Assembly: GCA_004431415.1 (NCBI GenBank)
Contig: QPMI01000614.1
Coordinates: forward strand, 108,359-172,358
Reading direction: 5' to 3'
Source of the DNA: Cyanophora paradoxa CCMP329
Lineage: Eukaryota > Plantae > Glaucophyta
DNA length: 64,000 nucleotides
Shown: positions 1 through 10,582 of the stretch, in pieces
How positions within the stretch are numbered: the first letter of the stretch is position 1
Layout: every line of letters begins with the position of its first letter
Program-made: the position numbers and the translations under genes
The notes under the pieces: model-generated
Told to the model about the DNA's origin: nothing
Seen by the model: only the letters and a program-made list of their open reading frames with translations
Database searches by the model: none

Positions 1-1035
1 TAGAACACGGAGAAGTTGAGCGCGAGGCCAAGGCGAATGGGGTGGGTCGGAGGCAGTTCCGACGACGCAATGTCCGACGCCTGCTTGTAAGCCGCGAGCG
101 AGTCGTCCGCAGCCGCCTGCCGGTCCGCGCCAGTCGCGAATTCCGCGAGATAGCGGTGGTAGTCGCCCTTCATCTTGTAGTAGAAGACCTTCGACTCACC
201 GCTCGTCGCGGCCGGAATGAGGTGCTCCACCAAAATGCTAAGAATGTCACGGCAAATGCCGGCGAGCTCCTGCTCACAGAAGGATTGGACCACGCCGAAA
301 CATAGCAAAGGGAGCCAATCGCACCTGCTCGACCTTGATGCGGTAGTCACGAATCTTGGCCACGTGCGCAGTCTGGCCCTTGTTCTCCTCCTTCTGCTCA
401 ATGGAGGAGATGATCCGCCACGACGCACGGCGAGCGCCGATGACGTTCTTGTAAGCAACCGAGAGGAGATTGCGCTCCTCGACGGTGAGCTCCAAGTCGA
501 GCTTAGCGACCTTCTTCATGGCCTCCACCTAAGGACGAAACGGAGGAGGGCGTCAAGGGTTCGGACGCGCAGCCGGCGATTGGAGCGCGAACCATCTCAT
601 CGTAGCGCTCAGCTGCACGGACGATGCGGAGGAAAGAATCGCCGGAGTCAGCGGCAAGAGGAGGAACGGTTTGAATGTGCAGAGCCGGGTGCTATTCTCA
701 ACAGCCCAGGAGGCACGCTAGGTTGCGCAGAGAAGTGTCGGATAAAGCAATTCACCTTGCTCGGCCAGCTGCGAGAAGGGGCGGGGGTTCAGGCGTCAGC
801 GCAGGCCGCAGATCTCAAGCCACCTAAGGTGAGTGGCGGGAAGATCGTGCAAGGCGAACCTTGGCCATGTAGACCTGGACGATGAGCGCACGACAAGGTA
901 CACCACGAAGTCGTAAGCCAACGCGATGTAGGGGGACGCTCGCGCTGGCGCTAAATGCCCGCGGCGGCATCGTCGCCAGCCGGCGACATTCTAACACATC
1001 GACCGACGCACCTGCGCCTCACGCTCGTCGGCCAT
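1..1035 (-). CDS. 14-3-3 protein (spliced; 3' end runs off the window)
   Basis: GT-AG exons 1012-1035, 860-874, 756-768, 593-612, 325-528 and <1-269 join to [72 protein letters not shown]...[13 protein letters not shown]...[16 protein letters not shown], which carries the 14-3-3 signatures. Confidence 0.97.
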
Positions 1036-1197
1036 TGTCCTCTTTGGCGGTGGTTCGTTGTGTGTGTGTTGACTGTCAGGGGGGTACGCACGCACAGGAG
1101 CGCGGCTCAGCGCCCCAGCCAGCTTAGCGAAAATGACGCTGGAGCGCAGCTCGCGGCGCAGCGGCGGAAGGTTCCTATGAGAGGTCGCGCGCTGCGG

Positions 1198-3982
1198 ATG
1201 GATGTTTTTGAATTCTTAGCGCAGGCGCACACAAGGCGGCGCGGACGTAAGCGTCGGCGACGTCGCCCTGTACGCGGTGAATGCATCACTGCGCGCGCGC
1301 TCTAACCCCGCCCCGCAGCGCTACTCCCCGAATACTTCGGCCGCGGACGACGCCGTCGCCTTCGCGGAGCGCGAGCCTCTCGAGGAACTACTCTGCGGTC
1401 GACTCTGCGCCTTACAAAGTGAGCGCGCGGATGGTGTTTTGGGAGAGAAGAAAGAGCAGGCACTTGACCGGCCCGCTTGCAATTTCCGCAGTTCCCGCCT
1501 CTCTCCCCTCCCCGAGCAAGGCAGAAGAACGGGGAGGGTGCGGCAGTCACCGATTTTTTGAGCGAGGACAAGGAGGAGTTGAACGTGGATCCGTCTGCTG
1601 GCACAAAGACGATTTCGAATACGATTGCGACTGCGCTGCAAACAGCTTACTATGCTATTTCAAGCAGCGGGTTATGCAGGCGGTTGTTCAAAGGAGCACT
1701 GTCACTCGCCGTTTTCTTCGTTATCCTGGCGGTCGTAGCCGAGCTCGTGCAACACGATTATCCTGGCGGTCGTAGCCGAGCTCGTGAGCCGAGCTCGTGC
1801 GAGCTCGTAAACCTGTTACTTCTGCCTTACAATACGTGCACAGTTCCTCTGACCGGGCATGACTACCTGGATCACAAGTTCGTCCCTCTAGTCTTCCCTT
1901 CGTCCCTCCCAAGAACGGCTCAAGCCGGCGAAAGTTTGGCACAGTGTCCAAATGCAATGCTGTGCAGATTTCGTTCGCTAGCGGAGATGACAGTGACAGA
2001 GCAACTGAATAAGCTGGAAGCGTCCTTGGAATCCCGCGCGTTTCCTGGTTTCTATCTGTGATGCGCAGCAATCTGAAGTACCTGGACAGGCTCTGCCCTG
2101 ACAGCTGCGGCACTCGCCTCCCGAGTGGACGAGCTCTCCCAAGCCGTCAAAGAGCTTCGACTCCAGGCCGAGAAACCTCATTCCCCTCCTAAAGTGAAGG
2201 TGCTCTCTTTCTAATGCTTGCACATTGCAGCAATGCTGAAGGATTTTCAGGCTGAGGAAGTGCAGGCAGAAGAGAAGGAGGGGACAGGTAGTGAAGTGAC
2301 ACTGGCCCTCGAGCATAAATTTCAAGGCGAACTGTCACTTCTGCGCAAGGATGTAATGGAGAGCGTAAAGAAGATGATACCAAGAACGGCTCAAGCCAGC
2401 GAAAGTCTGACACAGAGTCTGGAGGAGAAGGTCGTGGCTGTAACAGCGGAGATTCTGCCAAAGCTGGAGCACAGTATCGACGAACGATTCGCGAAGCTCT
2501 GGAAAGAGGCTGATCGTCTTGGGGCAGCTCTAGACCCAAAACATCTATCTCAAGCTCTCGACTCGGCCCCAGTGAAGGCCTGGGTCTCGAAGGCCGTTCA
2601 TGAGGTTCTGCTCTCACCCCATGAGCTGGCAATCGCCTTGGACCGCGCGAGAGGACACAAAGAACAGCTGAATCTGACAGCCTTGGTAGCCTGGATGGAA
2701 GCTTTTAAAAATTTCAATTTGTGACCCTTCGTTCACAGGTGATGAAGGTTGTTCGTGAACAGCTCGAAGTCTTCGCAGCTGATGAGGTGCGTGATGTGTT
2801 TGCATCCTCGTGCTCCTGCACTCTGCTCCCCCCCCCTCCCCCCCCTCCCCCTCCCTCCCCCCCCCTCCCCTCCTCCCCCTCCTTTCCCGACGCCTTCATT
2901 CAGATCGGCCTCCCCGATCTGGCACTTTACTCTGGCGGTGGTCGTATAGTGCACGGAAGTGGGTGCATCATTCTCCTTGGATGCATTCGTTTCTGTGTGT
3001 GAGCAAAGGCAGGTGGACGGCGCCATCGTTCCTCCCAACGAACAAACGACCGCTACAGGTCACCACTGATCCGCATTATTTATTGTTTCTAAATTGCAAG
3101 CGCAGATGCTGCCTCCGGGTGCCCTGGTCCATGAGAGGGCGTGGTCCATGTTCAAGCACTATATGATTTCTATCCCGCTGTACGTTTTTGGAGTGCCGGC
3201 GCCCCCGGCCAGCCGGTCGAGCAGCTAATATTTTGGGCGGTAGGCATTACGTCGTTCTGGCCAGGAACTACCTCACGCTAGCCTTTCTTGGTACTCTGGC
3301 CCTTCAGGGAGACCTTGTCTACCGCTCACTTCAAACAGGATACACACAGTCTACGCATGCTCCCGAAGTCATCCTTCAAGTGAGTTCTGAGTTCATTAAG
3401 TTGTACATACGATAATCACCAGTACGCAGGCGCATCACGATCGTGGGCAGTGCTGGCCGATGGCTGGCCAGTCTGGATATGTAACCATTCGATTGCCGGA
3501 GCGGGCAGTAATTGAGGCTTTTAGCATTCAGCATCTCGAACCCACTGTCATTGTTTCGGCTGTATGCACTGTCATTGTTTCGGCTGTATCTAATTTCATT
3601 TAATTTCATTCTGCAGGATACAGCTCCAAAGGACATTCGTGTGGAGGCACTTGGAGACTTCCCCACTGCAGGGACGAAGGGGGAGGTCATTGCTCGTCAC
3701 ACCTATCTGCCATCCAATGGAAAAGTGCAGGTAATGAATCAACGCTGCTTACATTCAAAGATCTTGAAGTCTTTGCGTCCTTATCATGTTTGCCGTGTAT
3801 TGACCTGATGTTCCACTCAGACATTCTATGTGGACACTACACTGACTCCTGCACTTCGAACAAACCGATTCTTGCGCCTTTGGGTGGATTCTAACCATGG
3901 CAATAAGCTCTACACTTGCATCTACCGGTTTCGTGTCCACGGCAAGCCTGCGCTCAGCATAGACACGCAAGCTAGCGGCTAG
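1198..3982 (+). CDS. SUN (Sad1/UNC-84) domain nuclear-envelope protein, C-terminal SUN type (spliced; start approximate)
   Basis: Hydrophobic TM segment (ALSLAVFFVILAVV), coiled-coil exon 2218-2724, then SUN motifs PDLALYSGGGRIV, PEVILQ, GQCWPMAGQSGYVTIRL, TAPKDIRV and SNHGNKLYTCIYRFRVHG. Stop TAG at 3980-3982. Confidence 0.88.
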
Positions 3983-6393
3983 CTAGCTGCATCTGTGACC
4001 TACGCCTGTGTGGGCTACACATAGGAGGGTGCGGCCCTCGCCGTTGCCGGCCCGGCCATTCCCCCCAAGGCGCGAAAGGGGAGTACCGTTCCACCCTCGC
4101 AATGGCCTAAGCCGCTCGTGTGGCGTGTGCAGCATCGCGTTGTCGGTGGGCAGTAGTGGTCCCAACCCACACAAACAAAGGGGTATTCAGGTCCTGTATC
4201 CCTGATGAGGATGACAATGCAAGGTGATCCAGAATGTATCTGGCTCTTTTGGCTGTGGTGATTTGGATTTTGGCTGAGTGGGGGTTTGGGACCCAGCTAG
4301 TAGCCCCTGAAACCTCACAGGGGACCCTACGGCCCGGGTAGCGACTTTGTGCAGCTAATTTTTCGCAGGTTCTCGAGACTCTGAGAGCATCTTTCATCAC
4401 TACCCACGCTAGTGGGTCCCTGACAGATCCTTGCACGCCCCTCTAGGGGCCTCTGCGGTTTTGTCATACCCAGCTGCAGTGGTGCTGGCGTGGGCGTGTC
4501 TTTTACTTGCTCTCTCTCTCACACACACACAGGATTCCCCTCCCACACAAACGTGGGCGGATCCATCCAGTGGGACCGGGACTGGGACCTGCAGGAGAGA
4601 AGGGGGAGGGGAGGGGGAAGGCAGGGGCAGGGGGAAGTAGATGTGGGCGGGGGCCGCGGGCCAGGATCTTGGCCCAGTCGCAAGCTTAAGCGCTAGCTAC
4701 GTTGAGACTGTCCGCCATCAAATACTAGCCTAGTCGTTGTGTAAGCAGGTTGCGTTGGGGCTGGTAGCGGGGGCCGGGCCGGGAGACGTCGTAATCGAAA
4801 TTAATTCAAAATCAATCTGGGTGTACCCCACAAGTCTTTGTTGTCGACGTCTTGCAGGTCCCTCCACACGCAAGCGGAGCGCGTCGATCACGCAATTCAT
4901 CGACTCGGCCGCAAGCGCCGCCGCGCTCTGAATCCCCGTTGCAGCCGGTAGCGAAAAAGTGCACAGACGTACGCGGCGGCGTGCAGTAGCTGCTTTGCCA
5001 GTTCAGCGTCGGCGTCGATCATCGAATCGGGCGCGCAGGCTCCGCGGTCGGCAGGCGCGGCAGCTGGCAGGCGCGGCAGCCGGCATACGCGGAGAAGCGC
5101 AGCACCCTGAGCGTTGATCCATGCGCGCTCCAGCTCGTTGGAGCTAGCGCAGTGAGTTCATGCGGCCCCGCAAGAAGCAGCAGAAGCACGGACAGGGCAG
5201 GGGGCCCCAAGCCGCAGATGGGCCGGCGGGCACGCCCCCGAGGCCAGCGCACGATGCACCGAAGACCTCTGAACCCAACGCCGAGTCCGAGTCGGCGCGG
5301 GATGCGCCCGATCTGGGTTTTTCGATTTTGATCCACAGGTCCGTACCAGCGCGCGCCCGGCCCTGTTCCATCCCGATGTTCTCCACAGAGAGAAGAATAA
5401 CCCGCTGGTCGTCGTCGCTCATATATTCGTCATTCTCCTCCTGTGAGGCCGGTTGCACCTTCTGAATCAAGAGTTTCTCTCACCGAGCATGCTTTCAGTT
5501 TCCAAGGCTCTCAGGCATCCTTTTGCTTCTTCTCAAGCTTCCTTCTCTTCCTCGAAGCGCTTTTCGCTTCTTGCCTGTTCGTAGCAAACTTCTTGAGGAA
5601 CAAGTTTGACGCTGAAGGGCCAATACTGTTCTGGGGTGAGCATTTAATCATTTCTTCAAAGAATTCACGCTCACCTCGGCAATTGCGAAGGCCTTCATGC
5701 AGCCTTCGGCGCATGTTATCTTCAGGCCCTTCTTCTCCCGGAGTCAAACTATGATGACCGCCAGCGGCTCACAGGTATAGCTGCCCGAAGTCTTTTGGCT
5801 GGTTGCTTTGCTCGTCACACATAGCTACCTAAAAACAATACGCTGGAACCACGCGGCCGACTGCTTCGACATGCCTTTCCTCGGCTGACGCCCCGGTTGC
5901 TTCGGCAGGGCTTTCCTCTCTGGCGCTGCGACTCAGGGTGCTAGTAGCAGCGTCAAGCATAACACTCTACGCGATATACAAGGTAGGAAGCATCTTTTTT
6001 GTGCTCCAATTACTTATCTAGAGATGAAACACGCAGCGCAAGCTTATTTGTGCAACGTTCTTTGCATGGAATACCAATGCTTCGCTCCTCTCCCGAAGAG
6101 CAAACATTGCCTTCCAGCTCTTCTCCCCTGCGATCGCTTTTGTGTTCTGGACATGTTTCTTTTCTCCGCGAGGAGAGTATCGGCTGTTTCGTACCGACCT
6201 TTCAATCCTTCCGATACACTCTGTTGTGATCCTAGGCGCAGTCAATGGTTTCCTATACTTCCTGTACTACAGAAGCTGGTCCAGATGGAAAAGCTGCATC
6301 TGGCTAGACCGTCATTCTTTTCTGGCAGTCGTTGATACGAGGTAGAGTATGAGAATGTGAGCTGCTCTTCACCGTGTGTCTACGCTGAACGCA
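3949..6393. mobile_element. Degenerate element bounded by inverted family-X/Y termini, with a decayed minus-strand coding interior
   Basis: TGCGCTCAGCATAGACAC at 3949 is matched by inverted GTGTCTACGCTGAACGCA ending at 6393. 3949-4150 resembles the reverse complement of 47050-47240. Interior has broken minus-strand ORFs (5144-5470, 5511-5747) with no recognisable domain. No TSD seen. Confidence 0.4.
4399..4472. repeat. Dispersed repeat family 2 (second copy ~32718-32792)
   Basis: GCTAGTGGGTCCCTGAC...CCTTGCACG...GGGGCCTCTGCGG.TTTGTCATACCCAG is shared with 32718-32792. Confidence 0.75.
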
Positions 6394-6404
6394 CACAACA
6401 GAAC

Positions 6405-6550
6405 CACCTGTGCTGGGGGCGCCCCGGGCGAAGCTCGATAATGGGCAGATATCGGAAAAAGCATGGCCATGGCCAGGGCAGACGTCGACCTTCAGCTTCA
6501 AGGCTTAACAACTACGAGACCTTATTGCGGAGGGGGTGGTGCAAGGATCG

Positions 6551-6596
<46 letters not shown>

Positions 6597-6643
6597 GGGG
6601 AGGGCCTGCCCTAGCCATGGGCTTTTCTGCATGCACGGCCCAG

Positions 6644-6674
<31 letters not shown>

Positions 6675-6940
6675 CCCCCTCCCCCCCTCCCCCCCCCTCC
6701 CCCCCCCCCCCCCTCCCCCCCCCTCCCCCCTACCCCCCCCCCCCCCGCGATCCTTGCACCACCGACAGCAAGCCGCGATCCCCCCAAATTGTAGCCTGCT
6801 CTTCACACGACAGCAAAGCCACCGTGCTGGAACCACGGCATGCATCGGGCCCTTAGGGGGAAACAACAGAGCAGTGCCAAGCTCGCCTGAGGGCGGACTG
6901 GACGACCCCCGTCTGTGAGGCCCTCCTCCCACGAGGGAGG
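6405..6940. repeat. Dispersed repeat family 3 (second copy ~53684-54190)
   Basis: AATTGTAGCCTGCTCTTCACACGACAGCAAAGCCACCGTGCTGGAACCACGGCATGCA...CCCACGAGGGAGG (~150 bp) is near-identical at 6788-6940 and 54037-54190. Both copies are preceded by a C-tract and CCTGTGCTGGGGGC...GCGAAGCT. Confidence 0.85.
6535..6763. repeat. Foldback/MITE-like inverted repeat with poly-G and poly-C arms
   Basis: GGTGGTGCAAGGATCGCG(G)n ... (C)nCGCGATCCTTGCACCACC: perfect 18-bp inverted ends extended by G/C runs. Confidence 0.8.
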
Positions 6941-7215
6941 TGGCCTACGAGCTGAGAAATACTATAGGCTATTCCTTACCTACTGAGCCTCCGGGAGGGG
7001 GGGAGGGGGGATGAGGGGGGAGCCTCCGGACCGATAGTACCACTCGTGCTAATCGTAATCGTTGAAATCGCAATCGTAACCGCAATTGCTACGCGCTACT
7101 GTATGGAGGGCGGGGGGTGGCGAGGGGGGTGGGGGGGGGGGGGGGGGGGGGTGGGCAGGGACTTGGGCTTCGGGTTGGGCGATTTCTTTTTCTGTTTTTT
7201 CGAAACGGCTCATCG

Positions 7216-9652
7216 TCAAGATCTGTCAGCATCATCATCGATCGAAATCTCAACACTCTCTCTGCCATCCACCTCCTCAGAATATGCGGCTTGCTCGCCC
7301 TGGAAGTACTCTCGAAGAGATGAACTTGAAGAGGTGCTCTCAAAGAGGAGAACTTCGCCCTCAGACGTACAGCAAGCCAGAAATCTGCAAGGGAAGGTAC
7401 TCATGGACATGCGAATCAATGAAAAATCCTAAACTACACTTGCCGGCCATCTTGACTGAAATCAACTGCATGCACAGTCCCAGCTATTTTCTCTGTATTT
7501 AGCTGCAATCGTAGGTTGTAAGTCATCATGGGTCGAACACACAAGGCTGGCAGGGGGCAGGAATTTCGGCATTCGAATGGCCGCACCTGAACATACCCGC
7601 CATGTGCCACGTCAAATATATACAGAAAGCCTGCCCTGCCAAGGACAAAGCAGCGCCCATTCGGATGTACTGCAAAGCGTGTCCACCATCCTTTCTGCTC
7701 TTTCTCATCCGGAAACGAATATTCCATCGCAGTGCGGATGGATGAAGGCCTGCATTCGTCACCCCACGGACCCGCAAAAGGCTGCGAACTTTAATCAAAA
7801 CTGCCCAGGACGTGGGGGCTGTGTATCACGGTTCCTAGGTCTTAGGGGTTCTTAGGGAAAGCGGCATTGCCAGCTGGCCCTGGTAGAAAGAAAAACTATC
7901 TGAATACTCTCCCTTGCAATTGCTTTTAGGTGGTTTCAAGAGGCACACTGACCCGCTTGTCCATGGCTGGTTCAGAACATGAGAGATCCGACAAACAAGA
8001 TAAAAGCAGAAACCTTACAGTTCGATGGCCGCCAGAGCCGACCGAATGAAGGATTTTTGCCTGCTTGTTTCGAAAGGAGGAAAGGTGGACCGGCCTCATC
8101 ATTCACTGGAATGAATGCCACGGCATCGACAATATCACCGTGTGGACGCTGTGTGCTGAAGCCTGGACGGGAGAGCTGCCAGGCCCCATTGGCAAGGCAG
8201 ACGCAAGAGTTCGGGGCCCGGACCAGGACAGGATGCTGTGGGGGCGAAGCCTCAAGACGTCTGGAAGCGTCTGTAGTTTGCAATCTTCGATTGATGGTAT
8301 CTACGATCCTCTGAGCAATGGCAGATGACGGTATCTACCATCCTCTGGTCAAGCATAGTGAATGCATCCTGTGGCCAAGAAAAGAGAGCTTACATCCATA
8401 TCTTTGAAAAAAACGTGGGATGGAGTGGCCCCGTCTTCAATCTTGGGGCTGGCGACTCCTGACTGATGGCAAGCAGAACTCCCAGAACTTCCTGATGCAT
8501 TCTCGAGCCAGCTGTAGATGCGGACTGTACTTGCGGCATCACAAGTTGCAAGGAGAATGCGCTGACTGCCTCCGGCCCTTTCTGCAGATTGCGCATACAC
8601 ATCAAGATGAAGGAGTTGTGAGGGAGGCATGATCAGGTCCGAGAAGCTTGCAAGGCAGACTCGCCCGAGTACATCCCACAGTCTGTTTTAGGAGCGTGAT
8701 TACCTCCGTCATCCGGCACACATACAAGCGTACCGCACAGTACTGTCTACAGAAGCCGAGAAAATTAAACTGCGCAAAAGTAAAGGCGTATCGAAGAGTT
8801 GGAATGCAAATTGCGACAGGAGCAACGCGAAAGGGTGATGGTTAAAGATAATGACGCACCCTGCATGGATTGGGTGGGGCCGCAGTGAGTACACCGGGCC
8901 TCCATGCCCAATTAAAAGCTGCACGCCGTTATCAAGCAAGAAGGACGAGTGAATCGAGATGTGGGTGAGAATCTGGCGCACCCCTGCCGAAACTCGGCCT
9001 TCAGGGAGCATCTCGACCACCTGCCGGGCATGGAAAAGTTGAACGGTGGAATTACTGCTTCGGAAACTGCTCCAGTGAACGAACCGCAACACCCATATCT
9101 CGTGGACGCGTGCCAGGTTCTTGTGCTTCCCCTCCTATCACAAGAATGGCATTCGCACGATCTGGTGCATTTGGGGACCCTGCCTGCGGTCTTGCCGTCC
9201 ACGTCACAGCGTAGCCCACATCTGTCGAAGCCTGAGCAGAGCGTTATATCTCAGTCGCTCAGTGCCGAAAGGGGCGCGCCTTCCCAAACGAAATTCTTCT
9301 TCTCAACACCAAACGCTTCTTGTATCCCACAGCGGGACCCTCCGGTCCGGACGGGAGGCACTGGAGGACGAACGTGCCTCTATAACCAGTTGTAGCGAGG
9401 ACATAACCGAGGCCACGGCTGTGCTGCACGTAAAAAAAAGGCAACATTAGCTAAAGATAACTATTTCGATTTTACTGTTTTATCCCGGGAGGAAGAGCAG
9501 AACCTTCACAAACGCGATGTCCCACAGTGCCTTTTCCACAGGGTTAGAGGACATCTTGCAGGAGTATGTGCAAGCATACTCGTAACTGAACGCACTCAGA
9601 GACTTTTTGATATCTCAAAAATAAAAGGGCACCTTCTGGACGAAGCCGCCAT
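7216..9652 (-). CDS. WD40-repeat protein, divergent Polycomb EED/ESC/FIE-like (spliced)
   Basis: Exon peptides LLIGHGGPVYSLRPHP, LIFSASVDSTVR/LWDV...CLASF, HGDIVDAVAFIP...LLSKQAG, WWTRFAVHPNGRCFVLGRAGFLYIFDV and VHAVDFSQDGR/FLACCTSEGEV occur in the order of EED/ESC WD blades. WD40 is secure; EED orthology is tentative. Confidence 0.65.
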
Positions 9653-9944
9653 CTGCTTTCCCCTGCCACGAAGCCGCCCTTGATCTGTGACTACGATTAG
9701 GACGTCTTTTGATCTGCGATTGCGATTAGGACGTGCGATTACGATTAGGACGTCTTTGAGGCTCGGCCTTATCGCGTGGTGTCCAGCGTCTCCTCCTCTA
9801 GATCCGCTAGTTGCGCCTGCTTCAACGCGCTGGAGCGCGCATTGCGCTGCATATGCCGGAGCCGTGCCTGCCGATTGAAGCGCCTGCCGACCCCGAGCTT
9901 GCGTGCACGAGTCGATGATCGACGTTCGGAGCCGCGGCACCCCG

Positions 9945-10482
9945 ATGAACTGCGTGAATCGACTGCCGCAGTGCTGGAGGCGCTGGCGGAACCAGGCAGC
10001 TGCCTGTCGGGGTACGCCTATGCCGTACTGGACGGCATCATGCCGTACTATGCCGTATGCATTCATATATGAAAAGACGCAATACGATCTTCTACGCTTG
10101 GGAAAACTACTTCCGGCTGTCCGCTGTGTCTTCGTACTACAATGGACGATGTTTTCCTCGGGAATGGAAGGGTCAACGCGCGGTGATCTGATCGTGACCT
10201 GCGTTCAGTGCCACTAAGCCACTGCTGGTTTTTATGATTTTATTCATGTTTCATCCCAACACGAACCTGGTCCAATCCGGGACTGTATCGTCTGCATCTG
10301 ACGAGGTGCTTGCGCCACTAAGCCTTCTTTTCGGGCCGGCACCCCTCCAAGAGCTGCAAGCTGCGAGTGGGTCACCAATATCCACCGTAGAGGCGAGAAG
10401 GGCCCGCGGAGGCGGCGACGGCTGGATGGGAACGTCCTCGTCCTGTGCGAAGTCTCATTTGCGCAAAAAAAGAAAAGCATAG
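9945..10482 (+). CDS. Possible small hypothetical protein (structure unresolved)
   Basis: Coding-like ORF segments 9776-10072 and 10234-10482 lie divergent to the WD40 gene. No recognisable motif. Confidence 0.2.
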
Positions 10483-10582
10483 TCAAACCTGGAGAACGTG
10501 GAGATTTGTAGTGAGAAACTTAAGATTAGCAAACGCCTCTGCCAGTTCCTGTTCACGTTTTGAAATCGCGATCGGGGGCACG

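Noticed and set aside
6463-6932. Gly/Pro-rich ORFs (also 2714-3166, 11995-12431, 53792-54254)
   Set aside because: They are translations of G/C homopolymer tracts and non-coding repeats.
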